Assembly: GCA_963804165.1 (NCBI GenBank)
Contig: CAWDPO010000043.1
Coordinates: 288,001 to 352,000, forward strand
Source of the DNA: an uncultured delta proteobacterium
GTDB lineage: Bacteria; Desulfobacterota; Binatia; UBA9968
Direction of reading: 5' to 3'
Length of the DNA: 64,000 bases
Made by a program: the position numbers and the translations under genes. Every line of letters begins with the position of its first letter. Within the stretch, counting starts at the first letter, position 1. This document shows, one piece after another, positions 10,323 to 20,042 of the stretch. Under the pieces are notes generated by a model. That model had not been told where the DNA came from, ran no database searches, and saw nothing but the letters and a program-made list of their open reading frames with translations.

Positions 10323-11718
10323 TCAAGCCTCGCGCAAGGGCGACCTGAGAGTAGTCATCAGTGTCCCGATATCTGCCACCCTCTCTAGCCCCAGAACCAG
10401 GTCTACACTGCGCTCTATGTCGTCCGGGCGCAGCTGGCTGCGGCCACAGTCGCGGTACTTAGTCAGTAACTCGTCGTCGGTCAGCGGCAGAGCGGGGTCG
10501 CCGCGGGGGATGTCCACGCGTGCGCTGTAGCTTCGCCCATCCGTCGTCCGGATCGTCACCGGATTACCGACGAACTCGGTATCCGGGCCGACGTCCGCGA
10601 GGCCAGGCCAGATGGGCACATCGGGGAACGAAAGGTGAATTTTCTTTCTGGTCTCGACGATGTTGCGATCTTCGAACTTGCGATCTGTGAAAGTTTCGAG
10701 CGTCACCTGGTGGTCCACCACCGCGGCGGCAATGCAGTAAGGCATGCTGAACTTGGCCTGGTACGGTGTTGCCGGCTCGGTGAAAGCGAGCACGCGCATG
10801 GCGCGCTCCGAGGTGCCCACATCGACTTCGGCGATGTCTTTGTCGCTGATGCGGTGCTCGCCGCAGCAACTGGAACACTCCGTCCAGCGCTCGATGGGTG
10901 TGATAGCAGCTTGGGTATTTCTTTAGCCCGATGCCCGGAGACTCGATGTAGAAGGGTTTGCCCAGACCGTCCGCCATGCGCTCCGCGTCGTAGTGGCCCG
11001 GGCCAACGAGCGTGTCGTAGAAACCGTTCTTCGCTTCGATGATGTTGGGATTGGCCGTGATTCCTTCCTGGGCCATGAGAGCGGCGATCACGCCGTTGCG
11101 GCAGGCGTTGCCCGCTGCCATCGCGCCGGCCATGCTGCCGTGGTTGGCCGAAAGTCCGCAGGCAGAGTTTCCCGCGATGCCCAATGCCATTCTGGTCTTG
11201 GCGACGTCCAGCCGCAGCAGCTTGGCGCAGGCGGCCGCCGCGCCGATGGAACCGTACCAAGTCTGGTGGTTCAGGCGGGCCTGCATGAGCTTGAAGTCGG
11301 CGTGGAGCGCGAGCTTGCCTTCGATCTCCAGTCCCAGGATGTAAGCAGTGAGTATGTCTTGGCCCGAGGCGCCGAGATGCTCGCCGAGGCTCAGCACGGC
11401 GGGCAGAACCAAGACGCTGGGATGGCCGATCTTCACACCACAGTCGTCATAGTCCAGGGCGTGGGCAATGGAGCCATTGGCCAGGGCAGCGTCTGCAACC
11501 GAAACTTTGATACCAGCGCCAAACACGGATGCCTGGGGCGGCCCGCCGAGCTTCGTTATGTAACCAGTAATGGTTTGGCTGACCGGCTCGACAACGCCGG
11601 CCAGTGCGGCTCCCAGGCAATCGAGCGCCGTGCGCTTGGCTTTCTGCACCGCGTCGCCCGGTATGTTTTCGTAGCCGGTGTCTACAATGAACCGGGCAAT
11701 TTTCTCAGTGGCGCCCAT
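10323..11718 (-). CDS. MmgE/PrpD family protein, one frameshift near 10860
   Basis: AHALDYDD, GHPS, KKYPSC, QAKFSMPY, PRGDP motifs. Confidence 0.9.
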
Positions 11719-11753
11719 TCTTCACCTCGTCGAGGACGGCGTTGAAACTCGAA

Positions 11754-11778
11754 GGGCGGGTTTCAAACCCGCCCCTAC
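11754..11778. repeat. REP-like palindrome, GTAGGGGC family
   Basis: gggcgggtttcaaacccgccc-ctac. Confidence 0.75.
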
Positions 11779-11840
11779 AAGCCGAAATTCTTTTTTGCGT
11801 TCTTTGCGCTCTTTAGGCGTTTCGTTCCGCCGACGCGGAG

Positions 11841-12086
11841 TCATTGGGACTCGTCGACAGGTCTGCTCTCGATATATAACGTATCAGGGCTGATATCTTG
11901 TTCGTGGGGCCATTGTACGGTTCCGTAGGCGATCCTCACTTGTTTAAAATAATCGATATCTTTGAGCTCCCGGAATACCCCGAAGTCAAGGTAGGGCCGG
12001 GCGTCGAATCTCCCAACGCTGTTGTCGTTGAATGTCAGCTCAAGAGAAAAGTCTTCGTTCGCCTTTACAGCGACAACTTTCTTCAT
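11841..12086 (-). CDS. DUF2442-domain protein (putative antitoxin-like)
   Basis: LELTFND...FDARPYLDFGVFRELKD..YFKQV..GTVQWP...DISPDTLY pattern. Confidence 0.8.
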   Translation of the reverse strand: MKKVVAVKANEDFSLELTFNDNSVGRFDARPYLDFGVFRELKDIDYFKQVRIAYGTVQWPHEQDISPDTLYIESRPVDESQ

Positions 12087-12099
12087 CGCGGCAATTCTC

Positions 12100-13815
12100 T
12101 TACGCCGCCGCTTGCAGCCCGTGACCGTTCCCGCCGCCGAGCACCGCTCCCGGCAACGCGCCGGTGTGTTGGTCTTTTTCGACAAGCACTTCGCCGTTGA
12201 CGATGGTCATCTCGATGCCGTTGGCTTTTTGGATAAAGCGCTTCTCGTTACCCGGCAAGTCTTGAACCATTTCCGGATCGCATTCGCGGATCGTCGCGGG
12301 ATCGAAAACGCACAAGTCCGCCGCCATGCCCGGCCGCAGCAGACCGCGGCCTTGCAGACCGAAGATCGACGCGACCATGAAGGTCAGCTTGCGCACGGCT
12401 TCTTCCACAGTCATGATCTGCTTCTCGCGCACCCAGTAACCGAGCAGGCGCGTCGCGTAGCCAAAGCCGGCATCGTAGATTAAATGCGCGCCGGCGTCCG
12501 ACTGGCCGACGAGCACGAACGGGCTGCGGATGATTTCCGCCACCGCCACTTCGTCGCCGTTGGTGCTGGAAGTTTGGAACTCGGTGTCCAAACCTTCTTC
12601 GAGCGAGAGATCGAGAAAAGCATCGATGATGTCCTGGCCGCGAATCTTCGCGATCTCGGCCACGCTCTTTTTCTCCAGGTGTTTATTCTCAGGCTTGACG
12701 GCGTTGATCAGGTAAACCAGATCCCAGCGCCGCGAGAAGCGCGATGATTTCTTTTCTTCCACCGCTTCGTAACGCATCTTCTTGCGCGTCTCCGGATCTT
12801 TGATCGCTTCGATGCGCGCTTCCAGCGGCAGGAAGAGAATCGTCTTCCAGGTCGGCAGATCGTCGAACACCTGGGCGTTCTTCATGGTCAGCCGGTTGTT
12901 GAACAGGCGCGCGTTGCACAGCGGATAGGACTGCACGCCGCGATCGATCGACTCTTTCGCCAGATCCAATAATTGGCGCCATTCGTTGGGCTTGTCCCAG
13001 CGATGGGTGATGCTCTGCCAGATCACCGGCCGCCCCGATCTACTGGAAATTTCGTCGAACAACTGCACGCTCTCGCGCATCGGCACCGACACACCCAGCG
13101 AGCCGCGCGAGATCTGTATGGCGCCCTGATTGATCTCGCCGAGCGCGCAGGCGAGCTCGATAATCTCTTCGTCGGTGGCGAAGCGGCTCTGAATCGGCGT
13201 GCCGTCGGCGTACATGTGAACGGGATTCTGATTGGTCGAGAAACCGGCTGCGCCCGCGCGCACGCTGGCTTTGAGCACTTCCTTCATCTGATGGATTTCC
13301 GCCGGCGTCGCGGCGCGCTCGATGGACGCGTCGCCCATGACGAATTGGCGCAGCGCGCAGTGTCCCACCAGCGACGCGACATTGACGCCGAGTTTGCCGC
13401 GTAGCGCGTCGAGATACTGCCCAAACGTAGTGAAGCCCCACTTCACCCCGGCCCTTAAAGCCGGCAGCGTGATGGCCTCGACCCGCTCAAAGCTTTTCAA
13501 GATCGTGTCGCGATCCGGTTCTTTACACGGCGCCAGCGACAACCCACAGTTGCCGGGGATGACCGTAGTCACGCCGTGGTAGCAGGAAGAAGTCGCCAAC
13601 GGGTCCCACAACAGCTGGGCATCGAGATGAGTATGAAAGTCGATGAAACCCGGAGAGACGGCAAGCCCATCGGCATTGACAGTACGTTTGGCACTGCCGC
13701 TAATTCGCCCGGTCTCGACGATTCGGCCATCTTGCACCGCGACGTCGCCGAGATAAGAAGGCAATCCGCTGCCGTCGTAAATCCGCCCGCCTTTGATCAG
13801 TACGTCATAAGCCAT
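12100..13815 (-). CDS. N-acyl-D-amino-acid deacylase-like amidohydrolase
   Basis: YDVLIKGGRIYDGSG, PGFIDFHTH, GNCG, SDAGAH, GMAADLCVFDP. Confidence 0.9.
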   Translation of the reverse strand: MAYDVLIKGGRIYDGSGLPSYLGDVAVQDGRIVETGRISGSAKRTVNADGLAVSPGFIDFHTHLDAQLLWDPLATSSCYHGVTTVIPGNCGLSLAPCKEPDRDTILKSFERVEAITLPALRAGVKWGFTTFGQYLDALRGKLGVNVASLVGHCALRQFVMGDASIERAATPAEIHQMKEVLKASVRAGAAGFSTNQNPVHMYADGTPIQSRFATDEEIIELACALGEINQGAIQISRGSLGVSVPMRESVQLFDEISSRSGRPVIWQSITHRWDKPNEWRQLLDLAKESIDRGVQSYPLCNARLFNNRLTMKNAQVFDDLPTWKTILFLPLEARIEAIKDPETRKKMRYEAVEEKKSSRFSRRWDLVYLINAVKPENKHLEKKSVAEIAKIRGQDIIDAFLDLSLEEGLDTEFQTSSTNGDEVAVAEIIRSPFVLVGQSDAGAHLIYDAGFGYATRLLGYWVREKQIMTVEEAVRKLTFMVASIFGLQGRGLLRPGMAADLCVFDPATIRECDPEMVQDLPGNEKRFIQKANGIEMTIVNGEVLVEKDQHTGALPGAVLGGGNGHGLQAAA

Positions 13816-13914
13816 GGGAATTCCTCCTCGGTCGTAAACGTAATCGAGCTTACCGGCAGGAAGGCTTCTGTCAACCAAACCGCACGTGAGTATGGCTGTA
13901 ATTCGATTGAAATT

Positions 13915-13941
13915 GTAGGGGCAGGCCCCCGTGCCTGCCCT
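13915..13941. repeat. REP-like palindrome, GTAGGGGC family
   Basis: gtaggggcaggcccccgtgcctgccct. Confidence 0.75.
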
Positions 13942-13964
13942 TGTTAGAGGTCGACCCCGAAAAA

Positions 13965-16900
13965 TCACGACAGCAACAACTCCAAATCTTCGCGGGTGAG
14001 ATTGCGCATGACGCTGTTGTCGGCGCTGATGATCGCGTCGGCGAGGTCGCGCTTGGACTGCTGCAGGGCGAGCACTTTCTCTTCCACCGTGTCGCGCGCG
14101 ATCAAGCGATAGGCAAAGACCTGGCGCGTTTGGCCGATGCGGTGCGCCCGGTCGATCGCCTGCGCTTCCACGGCGGGGTTCCACCAGGGATCGAGCAGAT
14201 AAACGTACTCGGCGGCGTTAAGATTCAAACCCAAGCCGCCGGCTTTCAAGCTGATGAGAAACAGTTTCACATTGGGATCGCTCTGAAACTGCTCGACGCG
14301 CGCCTGGCGGTCGCGGGTGCGGCCGTCGAGATAGACGTAGGGAGTCTTCGCCGCATCGAGGCGGCTGCGCACGATGGCGAGCAGGCTGGTGAATTGCGAG
14401 AAGACCAAAACTTTGTGATCTTCTTCGAGCACCTGATCGAGCTGCGCCAGCAGCGTGTCGATTTTGGCGCTCGACTCGCCGGTCTTTTTCTTGTCGATCA
14501 ATCCCGGATGGCACGCTGCCTGGCGCAGGCGCAGCAGCGCTTCGAGCACTTGGATTTTAAATTGTCCCGATTCGTCGTTCGCGCCGTTTTTAAGCAGTCG
14601 CGCGCGATAGTAATCGCGCAACTCGTTGTAGAGCTTTCTGTCCTTGGCTTCGAGAGCGCAATAAATTGTTTGCTCGGTCTTTTCCGGCAGCTCGGTGGCG
14701 ACCTGACTTTTAGTGCGTCGGAGAATAAACGGCCGCAGCGCTTTTCTCAGTATGACCCGCGTAGGCTCATCAGGGTTTCGCCCGGCGTTGGCGAAGATCG
14801 ACGCGCTGCCGAGCATGCCGGGATTGAGAAATTCGAACAGGCTCCAAAGCTCGCCCAAGTGGTTTTCCACCGGCGTGCCGCTCATCGCCAAGCGATGGTC
14901 GGCGCGCAGCAGGCGAACCGCTTTGGCGGAAAGCGTGCCGGCATTCTTGATCGCCTGGGCTTCGTCGAGAATGCAGTAGTCGAAGTGGTGGTTCTTCAAA
15001 TGCAGCGCATCGCGCGCCAGCGTGCCGTAAGTCGTAATAACGACATCGTACGCGCCGAAGTGATCGCCGGATTTGCCCCGCGCAACGCCGGAGTGATCCA
15101 GTATAGCTAAATGGGGCGCAAAGCGCGCTGCTTCTTTTTTCCAGTGAAACACCAGTGAGCGCGGCATGATAACCAGGGATGAACGCGGCCCCTTGTTGCC
15201 ATCGTTGTGCCGTTGCTGACGGCGCGCTTCGAGCAGCGCCAGAACTTGAATCGTTTTGCCCAATCCCATGTCGTCGGCCAGGCAGCCGCCGAAGCCGAAG
15301 CGCTGGAGAAAAAACAGCCAACCCAATCCCTCGCGTTGGTAGCCGCGCAGCTCGCCGGCAAAATGCGCCGGCGCATCGGCGGCCGCGATCCCGGCAAAGT
15401 TGCCCAGCTCCGCGCGCACACGCGCGAATACCGCATCGACGGCGACGCCCGGCTCGCCGGCGAGCAAAGCGTCCAACAAGCCCGCCTGCGGCCGGGTAAA
15501 GCGCAGATGCTTTTCCTCGAGGCTGCCGAGTCCTGCAAGCAAGCTGTATTTCTTCATCCACTCTTCGGGCAGGATGCCGAGGGTGCCGTCGTCGAGCTTG
15601 ACCATCGACTCGCCCTGCTTGATGGCGCGCAGCAACAGCGGCAAGGAAATCTTGGCATCGCCGAACACGGCGCTGCCGTCGAGCTCGAACCAATCGACGC
15701 CGGATTTGACCTCCATCTTCAGTGTATCCGCAGTGCGATAGAGCTTGCCCTCCGCCTGGATCTGCCAACCTTCGGTGGTCAGCGTGCGCACGACTTTCGG
15801 CAGTTGATCGGCGTACAACTCCGCGTCCGTATCGCCGTTATTATTGGCGCTGCGAAAGCCGAGTTGAGTCATCCGTCGGCGCGCCGCGGCTTCGAAGCCG
15901 ATATCACGGCGAATCAGCCGGCGCTGCTCTTTTCGGTACACGTTGCCGCGTTCGCCGTGAGCAACCTTTTGGCCTTCGTAATCGAAAGAAAGTTTTCCCA
16001 ACAACCGAGGATGTCGAAACGGATAAGTCGGCCCTGGCTTGATCACCAGATTGGCCCTGGGCCGCGCCAGAACCTCCTCGAATCTAAGTTCCTCGGGCAG
16101 CTCCAGGCGCGGCTGCTGCGCGAAGCGCAAAAGCTCGGCGAGAAACGACTCACCGTCTTGCTTGGGAATCGACAGCTCGCCGCGCGCGCGCAGCAGAGAG
16201 ATCCAACCGAAAGCGCCATGATCGTCGAACCGGCTCACCCATCCGTCGCAAAAGACCAGACCTCCCGCCAACAGCAGCGAAGGCGTGGAGAGCGCCATGT
16301 CAGCGTCGCCGCGCCGCAAGCCGCCGGTCACGCTGTAATGCGCGCCGTCGTCCGCCGGCGCGATTCGCAAATAAAAATCCCAGGCGTCGCCGTCGTCCCA
16401 CTGAACGGCGGGGAGATCCTCGCTTTGCATGGAAGAAAGCAGCACGCAGCGCCCCGTGGCGCACATGAGCGGCAGCGCAACATCCCAGAGCGGCGCGGGC
16501 AGAGCGAAGTTAGGATAGGTCGACTCGCGATAGTAGGGCGAGTAGGCGTAACTCGAGTCGCGGCGCGAGCCGAAGAGAATGGCCAGAATCCGCCGATCGG
16601 CGGCGTTGGAAACATCGGCGATCTCACCCATGCCAAGCTTCTTTGTCTTGAGCTTTCCCCACGCGCCATTGCTGCGCCGCTCCCGCTGCGCAACGTCGAT
16701 GATGAGACGTTCCGCGCTTCCCGTGGCGGAAATGTCGATGACATAAACAAACTCCCGCTCCGTCGGCGTGGAGAATCGCAAACGGGTTTCCGCGGCGGCC
16801 AAAGAATTTAACAGTGGCTCCAGCTGTTTCTTCCAGGAGGACGCGGGCGGAGTACGCTTGTCTTGAGCAGTTTTGGCGGCTGGCGTCCGCGGAAACGGTT

Positions 16901-17222
16901 CCGGCAAGACCGCAAAACGATCCAGCGCAAAATCCTCCCGCCCGCGAAGATAACCCTTCTGCTCCGCCGTCAGAGCCACCGCCCAGATATGTTTGCAGGG
17001 CTCGAGATCTCGCTCGAAGTACGGGCAACTGCAGGAGTAGTCCAAGAACTCGTCGATGCTGGTGATCTCGACGTTGTAACGGATCGTGCCTTGCACGACG
17101 GCATTTACGGATGAGGCATCGCCATCGATCTGTTTAACCGCGCCGCGAACATAGTACTGTCGTCCCCGCTCCTGGGAAAGCCTTCCTACTTCGTCGGCGA
17201 TTTGCTCTGTGAGATAACCCAT
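13965..17222 (-). CDS. SNF2-family helicase/ATPase with N-terminal SWIM zinc finger
   Basis: SWIM CSC..CKH; LADDMGLGKT, DEAQ, SGTP, QAIDRAHRIGQ. Confidence 0.95.
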   Translation of the reverse strand: MGYLTEQIADEVGRLSQERGRQYYVRGAVKQIDGDASSVNAVVQGTIRYNVEITSIDEFLDYSCSCPYFERDLEPCKHIWAVALTAEQKGYLRGREDFALDRFAVLPEPFPRTPAAKTAQDKRTPPASSWKKQLEPLLNSLAAAETRLRFSTPTEREFVYVIDISATGSAERLIIDVAQRERRSNGAWGKLKTKKLGMGEIADVSNAADRRILAILFGSRRDSSYAYSPYYRESTYPNFALPAPLWDVALPLMCATGRCVLLSSMQSEDLPAVQWDDGDAWDFYLRIAPADDGAHYSVTGGLRRGDADMALSTPSLLLAGGLVFCDGWVSRFDDHGAFGWISLLRARGELSIPKQDGESFLAELLRFAQQPRLELPEELRFEEVLARPRANLVIKPGPTYPFRHPRLLGKLSFDYEGQKVAHGERGNVYRKEQRRLIRRDIGFEAAARRRMTQLGFRSANNNGDTDAELYADQLPKVVRTLTTEGWQIQAEGKLYRTADTLKMEVKSGVDWFELDGSAVFGDAKISLPLLLRAIKQGESMVKLDDGTLGILPEEWMKKYSLLAGLGSLEEKHLRFTRPQAGLLDALLAGEPGVAVDAVFARVRAELGNFAGIAAADAPAHFAGELRGYQREGLGWLFFLQRFGFGGCLADDMGLGKTIQVLALLEARRQQRHNDGNKGPRSSLVIMPRSLVFHWKKEAARFAPHLAILDHSGVARGKSGDHFGAYDVVITTYGTLARDALHLKNHHFDYCILDEAQAIKNAGTLSAKAVRLLRADHRLAMSGTPVENHLGELWSLFEFLNPGMLGSASIFANAGRNPDEPTRVILRKALRPFILRRTKSQVATELPEKTEQTIYCALEAKDRKLYNELRDYYRARLLKNGANDESGQFKIQVLEALLRLRQAACHPGLIDKKKTGESSAKIDTLLAQLDQVLEEDHKVLVFSQFTSLLAIVRSRLDAAKTPYVYLDGRTRDRQARVEQFQSDPNVKLFLISLKAGGLGLNLNAAEYVYLLDPWWNPAVEAQAIDRAHRIGQTRQVFAYRLIARDTVEEKVLALQQSKRDLADAIISADNSVMRNLTREDLELLLS

Positions 17223-17341
17223 TTTAATTGGTTGCAATGAAATAACAAAATTCCCTAATCGGTAAGGGACAATCATATACATTGACAGACCGACAACCTC
17301 CGTGCAAGAAAAAGCGAAAGATTGGCGATCAGGAAAGACTT

Positions 17342-18382
17342 ATGAAAAACCACCGAACGAAATCTCGCATCATCGACGCCGACGGCCACGTGCGCGAAAC
17401 GGACGAAGAAATTATCGAATACATGTCAGCAGGTTACCGCGCCAGACGCGACGCGATGCTTTATTTTCCGCTGACGCCACATCACGGCTGGCATCGCTCG
17501 ATACCGGCCAACGATTTTCGCCACCAGGATTTTCGCGTGCCGGATTGGCGCGAATGGGCGGGCAAACTCGACGAGGGCGATTTCGAGCTGACCGTGCTCT
17601 ATCCGACCCGCTTCATGCACATCGGCCAGATCGGCAACCCAACCTACGCGGTGGAGCTTTGCCGCGCCTATAACGACTACCTGCACGACAAATTCCTCAC
17701 CCGTGATCGCCGCTTCCGCGGCATGGCGTTATTGCCGCTGCAAGATCCGCGCGCCGCAGCGAAGGAGCTGCGCCGCGCGGTCAAAACATATGGCATGCTC
17801 GGCGGCATTCTGCCTGCGGATGGTCTGCAGTTGCCGTTAGGGCACCGCCACTATTGGCCGGTCTTTCAGGAAGCCGACCGCCTCGGTTGCGCCCTGTCGA
17901 TACACTCGTGTAATTCGCTGCGCGACAACGACCGCTATCTTCAACCGAACGAAGCGGCTGCGCTCACCCATGTCATCCCGCAGATGCGCCAGTTCAACAA
18001 CATTATGTTTTCCGGCCTGATGAACAAATTGAAGAATCTCCGCCTCGGCTTCCTCGAAGCCGGCTGCGGTTGGGTGGCGTTTTTAATGAGCAAGATCGAG
18101 GAACGTCTCGAACGCGTCGCGCCCGGGGAGCGTCCGGTTCTACCCAGCGAATTGCTCAAGAGAAAGCAGCTCTACTTTCAATGCGGCGAAGAAATCACTA
18201 CAAAGCGGGATGTCGAACTGCTCGGCGACGACTGCTTGCTGTGGGCGTCCGACTTCCCCCACGAAGCCACGCGCACCGACATGCGGAAGCTCGTCAAGGA
18301 ACATTTCGGCCGCAAAGACCTGAGCCGGGAAGCAAAGAAGAAAATCATCTACGACAACGCCAAGCGGTTCTACGGGCTGTGA
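17342..18382 (+). CDS. Amidohydrolase_2 family protein
   Basis: IIDADGHV, FLEAGCGW, LWASDFPH. Confidence 0.9.
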   Translation: MKNHRTKSRIIDADGHVRETDEEIIEYMSAGYRARRDAMLYFPLTPHHGWHRSIPANDFRHQDFRVPDWREWAGKLDEGDFELTVLYPTRFMHIGQIGNPTYAVELCRAYNDYLHDKFLTRDRRFRGMALLPLQDPRAAAKELRRAVKTYGMLGGILPADGLQLPLGHRHYWPVFQEADRLGCALSIHSCNSLRDNDRYLQPNEAAALTHVIPQMRQFNNIMFSGLMNKLKNLRLGFLEAGCGWVAFLMSKIEERLERVAPGERPVLPSELLKRKQLYFQCGEEITTKRDVELLGDDCLLWASDFPHEATRTDMRKLVKEHFGRKDLSREAKKKIIYDNAKRFYGL

Positions 18383-18395
18383 GGTGAAGGAGGCG

Positions 18396-18523
18396 TTCAA
18401 ATCGTTCAATCGCTGCGCTCGGTTCAACCGCTTCGCTCCGTTCAAGCCCCCTCCTTCGATCCTCCCCCGCGTCGCGGGGGAGGAAAGAGGTGGGGGATTG
18501 AACGGCTTGAACTATTTGAACTC
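18396..18523. repeat. Composite inverted repeat: GTTCAA units, CCTCCCCCGCGTCGCGGGGGAGG hairpin, TTGAAC units
   Basis: Lies between convergent genes; arms made of oppositely oriented TTGAAC units enclose a near-perfect GC hairpin. Confidence 0.75.
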
Positions 18524-18524
18524 C

Positions 18525-19523
18525 CTATTGTAGGGCTTTTATAAATCCGCTCTGCTCGATCTCTCGCACCAGCCGGCCATCGGCGAATTCCTCCGGTTTG
18601 GCTCCCTTGGCCTTGGGATTCTGTTTCTCCAGCTCTTGGATCAAGCTCGCTACGCCGGCAATTGAAGGATGAGGCGGAATCGCGAAATTGGACCGGATCG
18701 TCGTTTCGTAGCTTTCTTCCAAGATTTCTTTGTCGTCAGTGCGAAAATATCTGCCCATGACCTTAAACGCGAAGTTCTTGTCCTTCTGGGCACGGGCGGC
18801 TCCTTCGATGTAAGCTCTGAGAAAACGCCGAACCGTGTCCTCGCTACTGCGCAAATATCTCCGCGTCGTCAGCACGCCGTTGATGTGATATTCGGCGTCG
18901 AGCTTGGACATGTCGAAGAGCAGTTTGAATTTCAGTTTGCGCGCCTGAAGTGTCCCCGGCGGAGTCAGGGAAGCGGCGGTGATCTTCCCCGCAGCCATTG
19001 CCGATAGACCCTCCGCCGGACCGCCGGTTTGGACCATGGTCACGTCTCGGTCCGGCTCGACGCCGTGGGCACGCAGAGCGATGCGCGAAGCGAGATCCGA
19101 AAGCGTGCCGAAGCGGGTAACGCCGAAGACCTTGCCCTTGAGGTCTTCCATCCGGTTGATGCCCGGCACGGCGTAAACCCAGAAGAGAAATTTCTTGACG
19201 ATGGTCGCGATAATCACCGTATCGGCGCCGGCGAGATTGGCCTGGATCGAGGCGGCGCCGCCGAGCTGGATGATCGGCAGTTCTCCGGAGAGCATCGCCT
19301 GCAGCGCCAGCGAGCTGCCAGGGATGCTGATCGTCTCGACGTTGAGGCCATGCTTATCGTAAAAGTTACCTTCCTTAGCGAACCACAGCGACATCTGCGT
19401 CGACGACGCCGAGCCACCGCCGACGCGAATCCGATCGACCTTCTTTTCCTGGCCTGCAACCGGGACGGCGAATAGGGCGGCGAAAACAATGACGATGTAA
19501 ATCTGAAGATGGGTCTTTCTCAC
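18525..19523 (-). CDS. ABC substrate-binding protein, NMT1/SsuA/TauA family
   Basis: Signal peptide from a GTG overlapping the upstream stop; DLKGKVFGVTRFGTLSD. Confidence 0.9.
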   Translation of the reverse strand: MRKTHLQIYIVIVFAALFAVPVAGQEKKVDRIRVGGGSASSTQMSLWFAKEGNFYDKHGLNVETISIPGSSLALQAMLSGELPIIQLGGAASIQANLAGADTVIIATIVKKFLFWVYAVPGINRMEDLKGKVFGVTRFGTLSDLASRIALRAHGVEPDRDVTMVQTGGPAEGLSAMAAGKITAASLTPPGTLQARKLKFKLLFDMSKLDAEYHINGVLTTRRYLRSSEDTVRRFLRAYIEGAARAQKDKNFAFKVMGRYFRTDDKEILEESYETTIRSNFAIPPHPSIAGVASLIQELEKQNPKAKGAKPEEFADGRLVREIEQSGFIKALQ

Positions 19524-19933
19524 GTTTCTTTCTCCTTTGCGCCGATCTCGTAAAACCCCGCCTCCTGCGCGCTCTCCGCGACCGAACGCTTGCGCCAAAA
19601 CCGCGATGGCCGGGGAACGGAAACGGTGAGGCACCAGTTACCGGCGCGCGCCTGGTTTTGAGCCAACAGTCTTTCGTAGATCCGGATCAACCGCCCCGGC
19701 TCCTGCTCACGGGAAGTCGCGATGACCTGCTCCGAGTATTTGTTCACGATTATGACGCTGGGCAGCTTCACTTCAAGTGAGTCGCCAGCTCCGGACTGAA
19801 CCGCTTGAATGAAAAAAACCCAACCGAATGAACGCTCCTCGACACCTTTGTGGGCAATCGAGAATTGCGCGGACGCGAACCGCAAGTTGAGCCGCGCAAG
19901 AACCAACTCTTCGGCCTGTGCTTGATTCAACAT
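19520..19933 (-). CDS. Hypothetical protein, YrhB/Imm35-like
   Basis: EERSFGWVFF ... IIVNKYSEQV pattern resembles YrhB-domain proteins (recognised from memory). Confidence 0.5.
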   Translation of the reverse strand: MLNQAQAEELVLARLNLRFASAQFSIAHKGVEERSFGWVFFIQAVQSGAGDSLEVKLPSVIIVNKYSEQVIATSREQEPGRLIRIYERLLAQNQARAGNWCLTVSVPRPSRFWRKRSVAESAQEAGFYEIGAKEKET

Positions 19934-20042
19934 CGTGCCACGTCATTCATGACGGTTCATGAGCGAACGCATCGACGCGGTCCCTTGAACATTTACGGCG
20001 TCGCACTCATCCGCCGGCGCATCTATTCTCTCGGCGCTCATG

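Noticed and set aside
13941-16811. Long plus-strand ORFs (389 and 534 aa) opposite the SNF2 gene
   Set aside because: Antisense shadow frames typical of high-GC coding DNA; no motifs
13965-17222. SNF2 helicase as part of an anti-phage system
   Set aside because: No methylase, nuclease or other defence genes adjacent; the SWIM-SNF2 architecture is a widespread stand-alone type
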